Shown here one piece after another: positions 24,422-36,058 of a stretch of 64,000 nucleotides of DNA. The stretch is from Rhizodiscina lignyota (taxonomy: Eukaryota). Under the pieces are notes generated by a model, which was not told where the DNA came from, made no database searches, and saw only the letters and a program-made list of their open reading frames with translations. Both the position numbers and the translations under genes were made by a program. How positions within the stretch are numbered: position 1 is the stretch's first letter; each line of letters begins with the position of its first letter. The stretch is from NCBI GenBank assembly GCA_010015805.1, contig ML978127.1, positions 992,001 through 1,056,000 on the forward strand, given 5' to 3'.

Positions 24422-24987
24422 ATGCGCTTTCTGTTGTCATCCTGCTCACTGCCGCCGGCTCTGCGCTGGCCGCCTCAAATCCTGCTTGCACCGCCGAGTA
24501 AGTGACAACTTCTTCGATTGGTACTCTGAGCTACTGACTGCAATTCTAGCTTGGACACAATGAGGTCTCTCGCTAGCTGCGTAGCGGCACCAGTCAGCAT
24601 ACTCTGCACTAGCGGTGCCCTTTCTGCACAAGAGTCTTGTGCCTGCTCACAAGTGATGGTACAGTCTAAGTACTTCTTCCTGGCCCCTTGAGCTTCTTCG
24701 CTCCTCGCTAATCATTGGGGAAACATAGATGCTACGACAAGATATGCGGACCTGGTAATTATCCGCCTTCTGAACAGTCAGCGTATGACAGCCTCTGCAG
24801 CGCCGCCGGCATCGCCCACGGCAACGGCGGACCAGCTTCTGCTACAGCGACAACTACGGGAGCTGGTGGTGGTGGCACTGCTTCTACGGCTGGTCCTTCT
24901 TCTAAGAGCACTGGTAATGCGGACACAATTGTTGCTCCGGCGGGTGGGCTCCTGGCTCTCTTTGCCGCCGTCGTTGCGTACTTGTAG
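24422..24987 (+). pseudogene. Small 8-Cys secreted GPI-anchored (CFEM-like) protein with apparent 1-nt frameshift at codon 3-4 (pseudogene or sequence error)
   Basis: Adding one T at 24428-24430 gives MRFSVVILLTAAGSALAASNPAC; two canonical introns then join an 8-Cys domain, a Gly/Thr/Ser linker and a hydrophobic GPI signal (GNADTIVAPAGGLLALFAAVVAYL). Confidence 0.7.
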
Positions 24988-25103
24988 AGCAGTTCAACAA
25001 GATTGGACTCTGCTGTAACATAACACTTGTCGAAAATAAGGAAGGCACACTCTATCTTAGGGAAGTAAAGTTTAGTTGCATGCTTTGATTCTAGCTATGC
25101 TAT

Positions 25104-25307
25104 CGTGTCAAACAACCATGTTTGTATTCCGAGACCACCTTCCCCTTCGCCCTTCGTGTTAAACAACCATGTTTGTATTCCGAGACCACTTTCCCCTTCA
25201 CCCTACGTGTTAAACAACCATGTTTGTATTCCGAGACGACATTCCACTTTGTCCTGCGTGTTAAACAACCGTGTTTGTATTCCGAGACGACCTTCCCCTT
25301 CACCCTG
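25104..25307. repeat. Minisatellite, 4 x 51 bp
   Basis: Units start at 25104, 25155, 25206, 25257; near-invariant core GTGTYAAACAACCRTGTTTGTATTCCGAGAC plus a related pyrimidine-rich ~20 nt segment. Confidence 0.95.
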
Positions 25308-25333
25308 AAATCTCGGAATCAGGGTGATGGAGC

Positions 25334-26772
25334 TCACTGCCCGACGATAACAGTGACTGTATGCGTGACCGTGACGATTGGACGAATTCGGTGAGAACTG
25401 GATGATGAAGCTGCCTGGGCCACGGTAACAGTGACCGTATGTGTGACCGTGACAGTCGAACGCCGAATTCCGAATGATGAGGTCGAGAGACATTGTGTTG
25501 CCCACAAGCCTTTGCCGCATGACTCCAAAATTACGTAGCTTGAAGGAGACGTCGCTATTGTGAACCCGGAGGTGGTCGTGCCACTGTGCACACTTGGTTC
25601 ATGTCGGGTGTATTTTGTGTGTTTGGATGAGGTATGCATGCGACTTGGGGAGGCCTTGGACATTTTGGGATTCGCAGCGTGCTCCTCGTAGACTTTGATG
25701 TAGTTGACGGACCAGAAGCTAGTGCCTTAAGGTTAGACTTAGTGAAACATTACGTGTATTGTGCGGCCTTACGCGTCCAAGTAGTCAGAGGGATTGTTCT
25801 TAACGTAGTCAATACAGCTCCCCATACTGTCCATCCCTTCAACTTGGGGGCAAGTCGACTGATGGTAGACACTTCCAGCGAAATCGCCACAAAAGGTTGT
25901 ATCAAAGACGATGCGATGTTTCTTGAAGTGCTCATCAATGTCACAGGAGCCGTGGAAGTTCGCTTGCGGTGTGCCGAACTCGGAGACCTCTGGAGCTCCT
26001 CGAGAAATACTGTCTGGAATCGAGTCGCGCGGGAAAAACCATATCTTGATGAATTGCGAGGTCCATTGCATGGCGTATACACCGCCCTTGATATCGTTGA
26101 ATCCATCGCCGTAAGTATTGTTTCCGCTCGCCTTGCCCGTACATCCCGTCGTAGAGTAGGACACCGCGCAATTGTCAGTCTCCAACGTTCCGGTTTCCCT
26201 TGTGTTGTTCATGATGCAGACATCGCTCGTATGCAATGTGAATGCATTCACCTCGTTCAAGTTGACGCCCTCAATGATATCGATCTCACCGTTGCCTGGC
26301 CACTCTCCACTACCAAGCGTCCAGAAAGCAGGCCAAATACCACAGAGGCTTCCAGGCATGTGCGAAATATCGGCGATAAACAAGCCATGGGTATAGCTCT
26401 TCTTGCTTTCGATGCGTATGCTTGACCGGCCACTGTTGTCGTAGATTGTGTTGAAGCCATCAGCGCCAAAGACGGCTACTCCAGAGGAAGTGTTGATCAG
26501 TCCATGAGTAACAGCTTCCGAATGATTGAGGTATCTGAATGGTAGCGTCACGCGTAATAGCCACATGAGTCTGTCTAGAACGAGGATACTTACTTGACGA
26601 AGCCATGAGTCGGATCGGCTGCTGAAAAGAAGTTGAAGTTATCGAAGAATCCATCACCTTGATAGACATCTTGCAAGGCATACGCGAGCGACTCTTGTGC
26701 TAATGCAATAGAGCTGAGCGCGAAAAGGAGCGTGTAGAGGGCTGCTGCCCTGATTGAATTGAACGAACGCAT
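25334..26772 (-). CDS. Secreted glycoside hydrolase family 16 (endo-1,3(4)-beta-glucanase-like) with Thr/Val-rich C-terminal tail (2 introns)
   Basis: Signal peptide MRSFNSIRAAALYTLLFALSSIALA; FFDNFNFF..DPTHGFV; CGIWPAFW; catalytic WPGNGEIDIIEGVN; GGVYAMQW; FDTTFCGDFAG; FWSVNYIKVY. Confidence 0.93.
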
Positions 26773-28243
26773 TGTTTGAAGGAGTGACTGTTGCTCAGGT
26801 ATGAAAACCTCAAGCGTGGAAAGAGTGTGGAAAGAGTGAAGATGAGCAACTGGCAGACTTTGAATGAAATGAAATTTGAATCGCGCGGCAAGGAGAGGTA
26901 AACAACACAACTCATTCACCATGTTTCCATCTCACGTGCCCCGCAACAGCCGCATGTGAGCGTTAACACCCGTCTACCAGACGGCTAGAGCCGGAAACAC
27001 TCAGACCGTTCAAGACAATTCGCTCACTTTGTGATGAGTTAAATCGTAACACACTTCACTTGCATGTGATGTAGAACAAGAGAAAGGGATATAGATCGCT
27101 CGATGCTGACCAAAAGGGTGGCAACGACTTTCAAAATACTGAGTAGATAAGTTGTCCAACCTCTACAACCGATAAAGGGAATATTCCCCTTTTAACGGTA
27201 TACCCTTAATATGTAAACTCCAAAGAATATAGAACTAGGCTTCCAGAGATGCTCTCACTTACCTGGAAGTATAGAAGCCACTCGCACTTGAGCGCTACAG
27301 CACCTAAGTATTGTGTCACCGCAGGGTGTGTCTGGTTTTTTGTGTGACCGGCTACAACTCGACATCCTCGTGCTAGCCGCCAACGAAGGTCGCGTACAGC
27401 AGTATGCATACGAAAGACCTCAAAGGCGATAAAGGGGCTATTCTCTATTTCCTGGTGATGGTTGGATACATCGAGTGAGTACGGGGTACAGCAATTCCCG
27501 GAACTGCGTCTAAGGAGTTGAAGTGCATTTATGACGCATGTTTCAGCATATTTGGCAGTCACTGGCTTCAATGGGGCACCAGTACGAGGCAGACAGCCTC
27601 AGTGGGCAGATATACGTGAAATAGAGCTGTTAAACACTGGATATAGACCGGACGGCTGTGCATGACAGATGTCGTCGTAGGACAAGCGGTTTCTCAAGGT
27701 TTAGCACCGGCGCTTGGCAGGGACCGACGCATGAGCCTCATTCACTGTTCCCCACATCTACGGAGTAATTTGCATATCATGAGAGAAGCCTAATACTTTT
27801 ACTGTACCTAAGAGCAAGGTTGGTATCATACAAAAAGCAATGGAACGCCGACAACGGGAAGCTCTTCAGATGGCATGAACACAAAACAGCAGCCTTTCCG
27901 CAGATGTCGCTGCTATGAAACAGCATTGATCCTCCCACCCCGCTCCAGTCCACGCCCCAGGTCTTAGAGAAAACATTGCGCAATCAAAAGGCATAGTCCG
28001 AACTTCCAGAATCCCATTCCATTCGGAAAGGCAAAGCGAAGCCGAAAACTGGCGGAACGTGCCGCACTCATGAGAATTCCCAAGAACGCAGCCGTCCGCC
28101 CATCGAGGTCTCGAACAAACGAATGAGGTGCAGAGCCGAAACGAATCCCTTACAGGAAATTAAGCAAACCCCGGAATCCGCCCGTACGAATGGAATTGAC
28201 GTCCTGTTAAAGGCTGTCACTGAAATTGAAAGTATATCGAAGA

Positions 28244-30868
28244 CTAGTCTTCCCCACCACTCCTCGCTTTAAGATGTGCGGCCAAAGCGCCTACATCGTT
28301 ACGGGTCTCAGGAGCCTTTTCCAGTACGTCACGTAAGTTGCGTAGCTGGTTCTCGCTCATGTCAGGTACAGTGGCCATCATCATCTGTACGGTTGGCGTG
28401 TTGATGAAGTCGCCTAATATCTGAGCTGCGAGCGGAGGGACGGACGGGCTCACAGTTGGCGGTGTGCCATCCATGGAACCTTGGTGTACGACAGGAGAGA
28501 ACTGGGGGTGGGCCTGTGGAGTAGGAGCGGATGAAGATGGTGGGTACGGCGGTTGCACTGCTCCAGCTATCATCCCTTGGGTGCTCGGTGTCTCGGCGAA
28601 GGCTGGAGTGGCCTCCGCGCTGGGTGGCGCTGTAGGACCTCGCAAGACCATGCAGGCAAGAAGCATTTTGTTGGGTCTATTCTGTTCCAACATCGAGTCC
28701 TCCAAATAATGGAGGAAGCCTGGCAGAGGCGCGTCGCCAGCCTCGACAGGGATGAGGTACGAGTCTTTGATTCTGTCGTTGTACGAAGTGCCCAAGACAC
28801 CCCAGCGGGACCTGCTGTTGAAGTATGTGCAGATCTGGTCAAACACAGCCTCATCCTTCCCAGTAGGTACTGGGGAAATTGAGAGGATAGTGACATCAGT
28901 GCCACGCCCTGCGTACCTCATACCAGCAATGTATTCGTCAGCAGACGCGGTTGGGATACGGCCACTGACTTCGAACACCGGTGGGAGAAGTTGGATCCAG
29001 GGGATATAACCAGAGGGATCACCACCAGCTACCCATTTTGCGGTGGCGTGAAATTCGCCGAGGGACGCCATGACGAGTTTGCCATTCCAAAGTGCGTCGG
29101 GATCATGATAGTCAGTCATGAGATCCGTTGGCTCATCGTCTTTGAGCAGCCTGTCAACGTCGTCATCAACAATAGCACTTTGTGGCGGTGCTTGTGCACT
29201 TGGCTCTTGATTCATGGCGGAGCTGCGTCGACGAGGTGGTTGGTGTAGGAGCCGTACGCCTTCATGATCAGGAGAGTGGACGCTGGACCAAACAGAGTTG
29301 ATGTCAAAGGCTGCAGACTCTCGTCGAGCGTGTGCTGGGGCAGGAGCGCCGGTGGAAGTGTCAACAGTTAGTGGGCGACGGTTACCAACATCCTCTGGCA
29401 GTTCGACAATGTTGCCTTGCTCCTCTACCGCATCAGCGTCTCTCATTTCAGTGTCCTCAGTGGGACGACGGCGGATGGGCGGCGCGGCGAATACTGCGTC
29501 ATCAGAAGCTTTTGGGACACTGGCATCATCAATGATTTCCTCGCCCTTGTGTGTCTTTCGAATACGCGGCCCTTCCTCCTGTATAAGAATTGATTGCTTG
29601 TCCGCTTCCTCCTTCATGACTGCCATCTTCTTCTGCAGCTCCTCACTTGCCATATCATCCGATGACATTATAGCCAACTCCTCTGGCGGGAGAGACCCGC
29701 TAAGTATTCTGCTGGACAGGGACTTGTTCTTCGGAAGGTTGAAATGGATCGATCTAAATTGGTCCGCATACCCCTTGTCTTCCGGCGCGTGCACTTCATA
29801 CAACCCATACTCGATCTGAAGCGCAATTTGCGCACTCAGGGAGGTCGGTGTGTGTCCATCTGGTATCCTGAATGAACCCGCCTTGGTCGCCTCATTAATG
29901 AGCTTCGTTAGATCCTTGGCAAGTGTTTCTGCGATCTTTTTTCGAGGGCCCGCGAGTTCATCTATACTATTCGCAATGGGGTCCACAGCTGACTCTCTCC
30001 GATGAAGGGCAATTGACTGCCGCCGATCACTGACAGGTGTCTCGATGGCTTGGTGGGAGGATTTCCGGCGCTTCTGAAGGAGAGGGCTATCTTGGGGTTC
30101 TTTTGCGAGATCTGCCTGTCGTTCCTGGTTTCGCCCAACAGTTACTGACTTGGTCTGGGAGGGAGTCAAGTGTAGCCCACTTACCTCATTGAACCCGTTC
30201 TCTCCAAGCTTCCGCTTGTTTCCGGTCTCCGTCTTGACCGTAGAATCGGCCGCTGGCGAGTCGGCAGCAACTGGAGTACCCGTGACATCGCTCGGTCTGG
30301 CTTTAGTTCCTCCCCCTTTGCCTTTCTTGCCTCTCTTTGCTTTTTTTGCAGCCTTCTCCTCTTCCTGCCTCTGCTTCTTCTTCGCTTCCCAAGGCTTCTC
30401 TCCCCTCTTGATCGCAGCCAGAAGCTCAGCATGCTGGTTCGGCGCACACTGCTCACAATAGTATGCTTCCGGTAAGTCGTCTTCTACCTCTGTAACGCCC
30501 ATGCACAAGTTGTGTTGCCATGCCTCGCACTTGTCGCATACGATCATCATGAGACCCTCATCATCTTCTGTCGCTCCACATATGCAGCGGATGATGGCAT
30601 CGTCCTCTTCGGGTTCGGGATCGGTAGAGGCGGCTTTGGAGGATTTGCCTTTGCCTTTCTTGCCTTTCGCAGTGGGTTTCTCTTCAGGAAGGTCTCGGTC
30701 TTTCCTATGCTGGCCCTTGGTCGGGCGGCCTGAACGGCGAGGTTCATCTGCATACACATAACAACCATTAGCATCTTCTCTATCATCGTAACATGGAACG
30801 TGTAAAGCATGGACGGCTATGTCTAAACGCTTGATAACACCAAAAGACGGTGGCAGCTTACCAGCCAT
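28244..30868 (-). CDS. BYE1: Transcription elongation factor Bye1 (PHD finger, TFIIS central domain, SPOC)
   Basis: [15 protein letters not shown]-terminus, [58 protein letters not shown]-terminal SPOC-like region. Confidence 0.9.
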   Translation of the reverse strand: MAGKLPPSFGVIKRLDIAVHALHVPCYDDREDANGCYVYADEPRRSGRPTKGQHRKDRDLPEEKPTAKGKKGKGKSSKAASTDPEPEEDDAIIRCICGATEDDEGLMMIVCDKCEAWQHNLCMGVTEVEDDLPEAYYCEQCAPNQHAELLAAIKRGEKPWEAKKKQRQEEEKAAKKAKRGKKGKGGGTKARPSDVTGTPVAADSPAADSTVKTETGNKRKLGENGFNEVSGLHLTPSQTKSVTVGRNQERQADLAKEPQDSPLLQKRRKSSHQAIETPVSDRRQSIALHRRESAVDPIANSIDELAGPRKKIAETLAKDLTKLINEATKAGSFRIPDGHTPTSLSAQIALQIEYGLYEVHAPEDKGYADQFRSIHFNLPKNKSLSSRILSGSLPPEELAIMSSDDMASEELQKKMAVMKEEADKQSILIQEEGPRIRKTHKGEEIIDDASVPKASDDAVFAAPPIRRRPTEDTEMRDADAVEEQGNIVELPEDVGNRRPLTVDTSTGAPAPAHARRESAAFDINSVWSSVHSPDHEGVRLLHQPPRRRSSAMNQEPSAQAPPQSAIVDDDVDRLLKDDEPTDLMTDYHDPDALWNGKLVMASLGEFHATAKWVAGGDPSGYIPWIQLLPPVFEVSGRIPTASADEYIAGMRYAGRGTDVTILSISPVPTGKDEAVFDQICTYFNSRSRWGVLGTSYNDRIKDSYLIPVEAGDAPLPGFLHYLEDSMLEQNRPNKMLLACMVLRGPTAPPSAEATPAFAETPSTQGMIAGAVQPPYPPSSSAPTPQAHPQFSPVVHQGSMDGTPPTVSPSVPPLAAQILGDFINTPTVQMMMATVPDMSENQLRNLRDVLEKAPETRNDVGALAAHLKARSGGED

Positions 30869-31617
30869 GGTGTGGGAATGACACGGATGTCACGAAACAA
30901 TTGCTTCTATATTGTGTGCTGATTCAGGAGATGGATGTTGATGTCTCAAGGCGTCACAACTAGCATCTACGGACAGTGCAATGAAGACGTCGCGTCGTCG
31001 CGCGGTACACAGGATACGCCTGCTGAACGCGGTAGACGAGAGATAAAAACTAAGCGGCGCCTGAAATCGGCTCAGCAGCCCATTCACCACCCAGATATTG
31101 CGCGCCGTTGAAGATTCCGCTCTTGGGTGACCGCAAAAGCTCCAAACCCACAGTCCGCGACGATCTGACGAAGTTTTCACTCAGAGTGTTGCCTTGGAAG
31201 CTTTGCGCTCTCGGGTGGCGCGTGACTGCAGTGGGAGGTGCTCCGGCAATTGCGCGACGCGAGAAACGTCAATACAGAGTCAGCAAGAAGGGTGAGTCGA
31301 GCTTGGTGAGCATGCGCGGCACAAATTGATGGTGAGATGTAAGGGTGGATGTGAATTGTCGTGTCGTGTTTGTGTTGTCGGTGTGAAGGTGGAGAGGAGC
31401 TCGAATCTTTCAAGTTAGCCTCGAATGAGGAGACGTTCTTGGCATTTCGATCGGAATCCGGAACATAATACTCCGTGGTGACAGGGGCCCCATGCCACGT
31501 CTCGGCTGCGCATCCCTGCTCACTCTCTTTCGACTTCACAGCTTGCTGGTGAGCATCATTTGCAGAAGCTCGCAGCCACCCTTCAACCGTCCACATATTT
31601 TCTGACCACAACACAAC

Positions 31618-32412
31618 ATGGCCGACGTCAGAGCAATGCTCCGGGCAGAGCGCGCTGCTCGAGCGGCCCCTACGAAGTCAAAACCACCTGCGAAATCAAT
31701 CGCTCCTGCCCCGGTAGCTCCCAGCAAAAAGCGAAAAGCCTCAGAAGACGACGAAGACCTAGCGCGGAAACGATCAAGGCCCGATATGGCTGCAGGTGCT
31801 TATCACGCAGCAGGAAATGAAGAAGAAGAGCAGGCAGAAGAGCACAAAGATGGCCACATCGCTTCACCAGCCGCCAATCAAGCAACCGCAGAAACAGACT
31901 CTCCAGCAACAGAACCTGTGGCCACGTCTACGTCGTTAGCACCAGCCCAACCAGATGTCGACGAGGAGGAATGGGCCGCCTTTGAGCGTGAGATCGCTTC
32001 TCTACCAAGCACAACAGGTCGCCCATCTGCCATTGACGCCATCAACTCTGGAGCCGTTATAAGTGCTGCACCGATGACAGCGGAAGAGGTCGCCGCTCAA
32101 GCGCGAGAGGAATTGAGTGCACAGCGGGGTCGGAGAGATGCCGAAATGGAAGGCGAGAAGGAGGATGCCGAGCAGACGCTGGCGGAGGAGTTCGAGGAAA
32201 TGGACGCGCTGGAGATGAGGGTGAAGAGGTTGAGAGAGCGGAGAGAGAGTCTAAGGAAAGCTGCAAATGACCATGTTAGCGGTGGGGAAGATGAAGTTGA
32301 GAAGGAAGCAGTTAGTAATGTAGTTGAAGGGGGTGCTGTGATTGAGGAGGTAGATGAGGAGGATGAAGAGGACGAAGAGGATTGGGACGATTGGCGTTTC
32401 AGAGCGCGGTGA
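31618..32412 (+). CDS. Conserved coiled-coil protein, ZNF830/CCDC16-like
   Basis: MADVRAMLRAER.., VDEEEWAAFEREIA, ISAAPMTAEE, coiled coil, acidic C-terminus ending WDDWRFRAR. Confidence 0.65.
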   Translation: MADVRAMLRAERAARAAPTKSKPPAKSIAPAPVAPSKKRKASEDDEDLARKRSRPDMAAGAYHAAGNEEEEQAEEHKDGHIASPAANQATAETDSPATEPVATSTSLAPAQPDVDEEEWAAFEREIASLPSTTGRPSAIDAINSGAVISAAPMTAEEVAAQAREELSAQRGRRDAEMEGEKEDAEQTLAEEFEEMDALEMRVKRLRERRESLRKAANDHVSGGEDEVEKEAVSNVVEGGAVIEEVDEEDEEDEEDWDDWRFRAR

Positions 32413-33936
32413 TTTTTCTGAGCGACTTTGAGGGCGATACGATTGTCGAGCGATGCCGTTGTTTAGGAAGGACTGAAAGGATAGGCATTTCATCCTGTGG
32501 ATATACGAGTTTTTGGTCTCGCGAGCAACCATATTGCTGCGACAGAGACTTTTGGACGCTACCATCACTCCCCAACGTTCCATGCCGTGTGCTATCAGCT
32601 ACTCCTGTGACATGTGCCGTATACACGACGTTGGAGGTGTCAAGTGTGGGCTGTTTGAGTAGGCCAACTGGTGGTGACTGGGGATCTAGGGAAGAAATGG
32701 CGCGAGATAACTTGAGAATAAAGGAAATGCTGCAGTAAAATGACGCTGCTTTAAGAGAGAAATGAAGAAGAAACTTTGGCTGTGGGAAGTGTTATGCTAC
32801 TACGAGGCGGAGTGCGTGCTAAAGGCATGGGAAGACCGCTGTAGAGAAGGTTGCTATTTTTCATACTGTGTATATTTATTAATAGGGATTTACTGGCTGT
32901 CGTTCTAGGGCCTGCCACTCTGGGCGTGCGTCATTCCCGCCTGTTGTGTGAGGGAGTTATTTCTATACTTAACTATATATTTAATTTTCAACTTTACTCA
33001 TCAAAGGCGTTCGAGGACCTGCTCTGGCGCAACCGGCAGCGAGAACTGAGAGCTTAAATATATAAGGTGCGCTAACCCCCAAAAGAGTAGTACTGTTAAC
33101 TTGATCTAGGCGAACCCAAATACTAAATATCAAATAAACCAGCTAATGCTAGTTCAACTGCACCTTCCTCCATTCAAATCCTATAAAAAGGATTAGATGG
33201 GGGTGGTGCAGAGTTTTGCCATTTTCTTTTACTGCAAGGGTTCGATTCTGGCAGACATCATCTTTTTTTTTTGGTGTAATAACTCATAGATATAACTCGC
33301 GCACTCTAAGTCCTAGTGGATTGCTTCCTTTTTTGCCATTTGATGGATCTATCATTTATCTTGCAATACGCGACCTTCTGTTTCCGCTCACAGTTATGTA
33401 ACCTAAGCTGTGGCTGTACGAAACCTAAGCTCATTGAAGATGTCTTAGCTGGCGCGAAATTAGCTAGTACGATGGCGCGTGTCCCGAGACATTTCTCTCA
33501 AGGCATCTGTCCCAGGACATCTGGTTTCAACCCTGTTGATGTAATGGGGCTCCGAATTTCGAACGAAGCGCTTCAAAGGACTTTGGTACATGCTCCCAAG
33601 CTTTGCATAATCGAATACTTTGTTTGCTCGAGCGGTTCTTTTAGAAATTACTAATGAAGCAAGCCTCGTGTAGTTCTCGACGATGATAAGCATCCCCTCT
33701 ATTTCAGTAAAGCTGAGCAACAATGATCTCAAGGCGAGTAGGGAGAGTGGGGCTTTGGCCAATTAAGGAGGGGACATGCACATACTGTGTACGATTACGC
33801 CCGACAGAAGTACAGAAGAGCGATCAAGGAATCCTGCTACACTCAGTAAATTCAGCTGGAGCATGTGGGTATCAAATATAAAGTGCTGGTACACGACGGA
33901 GCTATCCAAAATCCACCGCTTTGGTCCGAAAACTAC

Positions 33937-35268
33937 TTAATATCTCGCGTCCATGTCATCCAGTTCTTGCTCGTCTTCCTCATCGCTGGCAGAGTCTGAA
34001 AGCCTTCCTTTCGCAACCTTGTGTGACCCCTCCACATCTCCTACTTGCGACATATTAACGATGACCGGGGCATACTCTCCAGTCTCCTCATCTTCGTCGT
34101 CTTCCCCAAAATCCATCTCAACCCTTTCGCCATCTTCCAATTCGAGCATTCCATGTTTCACGAAGGAATCATTAAGCTGCCATCCGTGCTGGGTCCGAAG
34201 GTAATCCTCAAGGTCTTCCAGCTCATCCATCACTTCCGATTTTTCTTTTCCAGAGATCTCATCCAAGCCGCGTTTAAATCTTCTAAGAAGGCTCTTCAGC
34301 AACGTCGCTCCCTCGCCGCTCAAATCGATCAGACCTCCTTCCACATCTTGACAATGCTGCAGCTGAAGTCTCAAGGTGGCAAGGAAAGCGACGAAGAACT
34401 CTGGCCAGCGTTTAACAGCATCAGTGCAAGTGAACACAAGCTGTAAAATCCTCTTCCACTGCTCCAAGCAGCTATAGTTGTTGAGCGTGAGTATCATCAA
34501 GAAGCAGAACTGCAATTCTCCCAGCACCTCCATGACACCATACTGCTTGCTACAGCATCTCTCGACTATATCGCCGAGCGCCCAACTGCGATCTCTCGCG
34601 GCTTCGGTCCTCTCCCGGCCCGTTGCTTCCGCTCTCCAAGTGCGCTTCAAATCAATGGGGAGGAAGCCAAGCTCCTTCTCGGACGCAATCTCATCTTCAA
34701 CGCTGGACAGGCCTGGAATGTTATCCAAATCGCGCTTCGCCGAGCTTCCTGTAGTGAGACTCCAGTGGTCGCGTGCCTGGCCTGTGATGCGCGATAGGAG
34801 CAGGTCTGTGATATGAGAAGTTAATTTGGCCCAGTCGAACCCTTCGTCCAGGTCCTCGTGCTCCTCCGCAACAGTTGGGGATTGCTTTGACAAGTCATCA
34901 ACTCCAGCCGGTTGAGGGACAGTTTGGCGATACGGCGTCAGTCGTTCTCGCCATATCGATCCAAGATTGCCTCGCCAGCGCAGGACCTCAGCCTGGTCAG
35001 TTTCGTCATCAAGCTCTTCCCTAGCAGCATCCCACTTCTTCACGAAAATCTCCGGCGGGCCCTCTCGCGTGCCCTGTACTCTGAACCAAACACCATGCCG
35101 GATGGAGAGTGAACTGTTTGTGCTTGTGAATACGAAATGCCAGCCAGGGGGTAGGCCCCGAACACCTTGGAATTTGGGTGTGGTTGTGAAGGAGAGCAGA
35201 TCGATACCAGCTAGAGCAGCTTGTGGAAGGTCCAGGAGAAGTACGGTAGCCGTTGGAGTTGTCGCCAT
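33937..35268 (-). CDS. AAR2: AAR2 family U5 snRNP assembly factor; intronless
   Basis: GIDLLSFT..KFQGVRGLPPGWHFV, LTPY, ARDRSWAL, LGELQFCF..LNNYSCLEQWKR, EDEETGEYAPVIV. Confidence 0.9.
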   Translation of the reverse strand: MATTPTATVLLLDLPQAALAGIDLLSFTTTPKFQGVRGLPPGWHFVFTSTNSSLSIRHGVWFRVQGTREGPPEIFVKKWDAAREELDDETDQAEVLRWRGNLGSIWRERLTPYRQTVPQPAGVDDLSKQSPTVAEEHEDLDEGFDWAKLTSHITDLLLSRITGQARDHWSLTTGSSAKRDLDNIPGLSSVEDEIASEKELGFLPIDLKRTWRAEATGRERTEAARDRSWALGDIVERCCSKQYGVMEVLGELQFCFLMILTLNNYSCLEQWKRILQLVFTCTDAVKRWPEFFVAFLATLRLQLQHCQDVEGGLIDLSGEGATLLKSLLRRFKRGLDEISGKEKSEVMDELEDLEDYLRTQHGWQLNDSFVKHGMLELEDGERVEMDFGEDDEDEETGEYAPVIVNMSQVGDVEGSHKVAKGRLSDSASDEEDEQELDDMDARY

Positions 35269-36058
35269 GGCATGCTTATTTCCCCCAGGGTCTTGCTTTC
35301 GATTTATGCAGTGTGGTACATGGAGCGCGGGAGATATTCACGTCATGCGTCGCGCTTGCTCGCGGTCCGGATCTAGCGCGTGCTTTGCAGCATTTGCAAA
35401 AAGTGCACTTGGCCGCTTACTGGAAATATGATGCGAGGATGCCAGGAAAGGTCGCGCTGCACAGACGTGTTGCATCTCACCACCAAAGGTGAAGTTACTG
35501 AAAGAGGAAGAGAACGTTTTAGCCGGGCCGACACGTCTCGCACGGCCACTCAACGGGTGAGAAACATCCTTAATCCGATCGCAAACCAGCCCTATCAATT
35601 TTGCGGAGTCCCCACCGATCTTGCAGGAGCGTAAGCATTCCCTGTTCCCGGCCTGCAGCACGCTACGTCTCTATGGAATCAGCCACACTCGTCAAGCACC
35701 CGTCACCGATGCTTGACACGGGACAAAGTGTGGATTATGCGGGGTAGACTGAGGCACGATCTACAACAAATCGTCGGGACAGTGCTACCATATCGCTGGA
35801 AAGGGCATGGGTTCGCACGAGAGATGCACTATGATGACGTCGAGTTGGGGGCAGGTGGTCGCGTGTGCCTTTGTAAAAGAAGATGGAGAAGAAGAGCAGG
35901 GAATGGCCAATGGCTTTAGAAGCAATGGCAATTGGAGGAGCAGTCGTACAAATGCTAGGACTTCCCCCATTTAAATATCGTCCTTATCACGCCCTTGGCG
36001 GTGGTAACGTGGGCATCTATCCGAGTTCAATCTGATCACAGCGAACAACTTTTCCAGC

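Noticed and set aside
25104..25307. CRISPR array (31 nt repeat plus 20 nt spacer appearance)
   Set aside because: The 'spacers' are clearly homologous to each other, no cas genes are present and the context is a fungal genome; it is a minisatellite
25634..26425. Long antisense ORF (263 aa), and likewise 49865-50653 and 46771-47370
   Set aside because: Shadow ORFs opposite well-supported genes, explained by codon bias; no recognisable motifs
2200..27000. Starship or other large mobile element carrying the accessory block
   Set aside because: No tyrosine recombinase, transposase or boundary repeats are visible in the window
27255..27270. U1 snRNA-like ACTTACCTGG
   Set aside because: No U1 stem-loops or Sm site follow; it is just the reverse complement of a splice-donor word
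33040..33120. TPP riboswitch-like words (CTGAGA ... AACTTGATCT)
   Set aside because: The downstream GxTAAT.CC.GCG core and pairing stems are missing, and it is not in a thiamine-related gene
33225..33260. tRNA T-loop-like GGTTCGATT
   Set aside because: No T-stem, acceptor stem or cloverleaf can be formed
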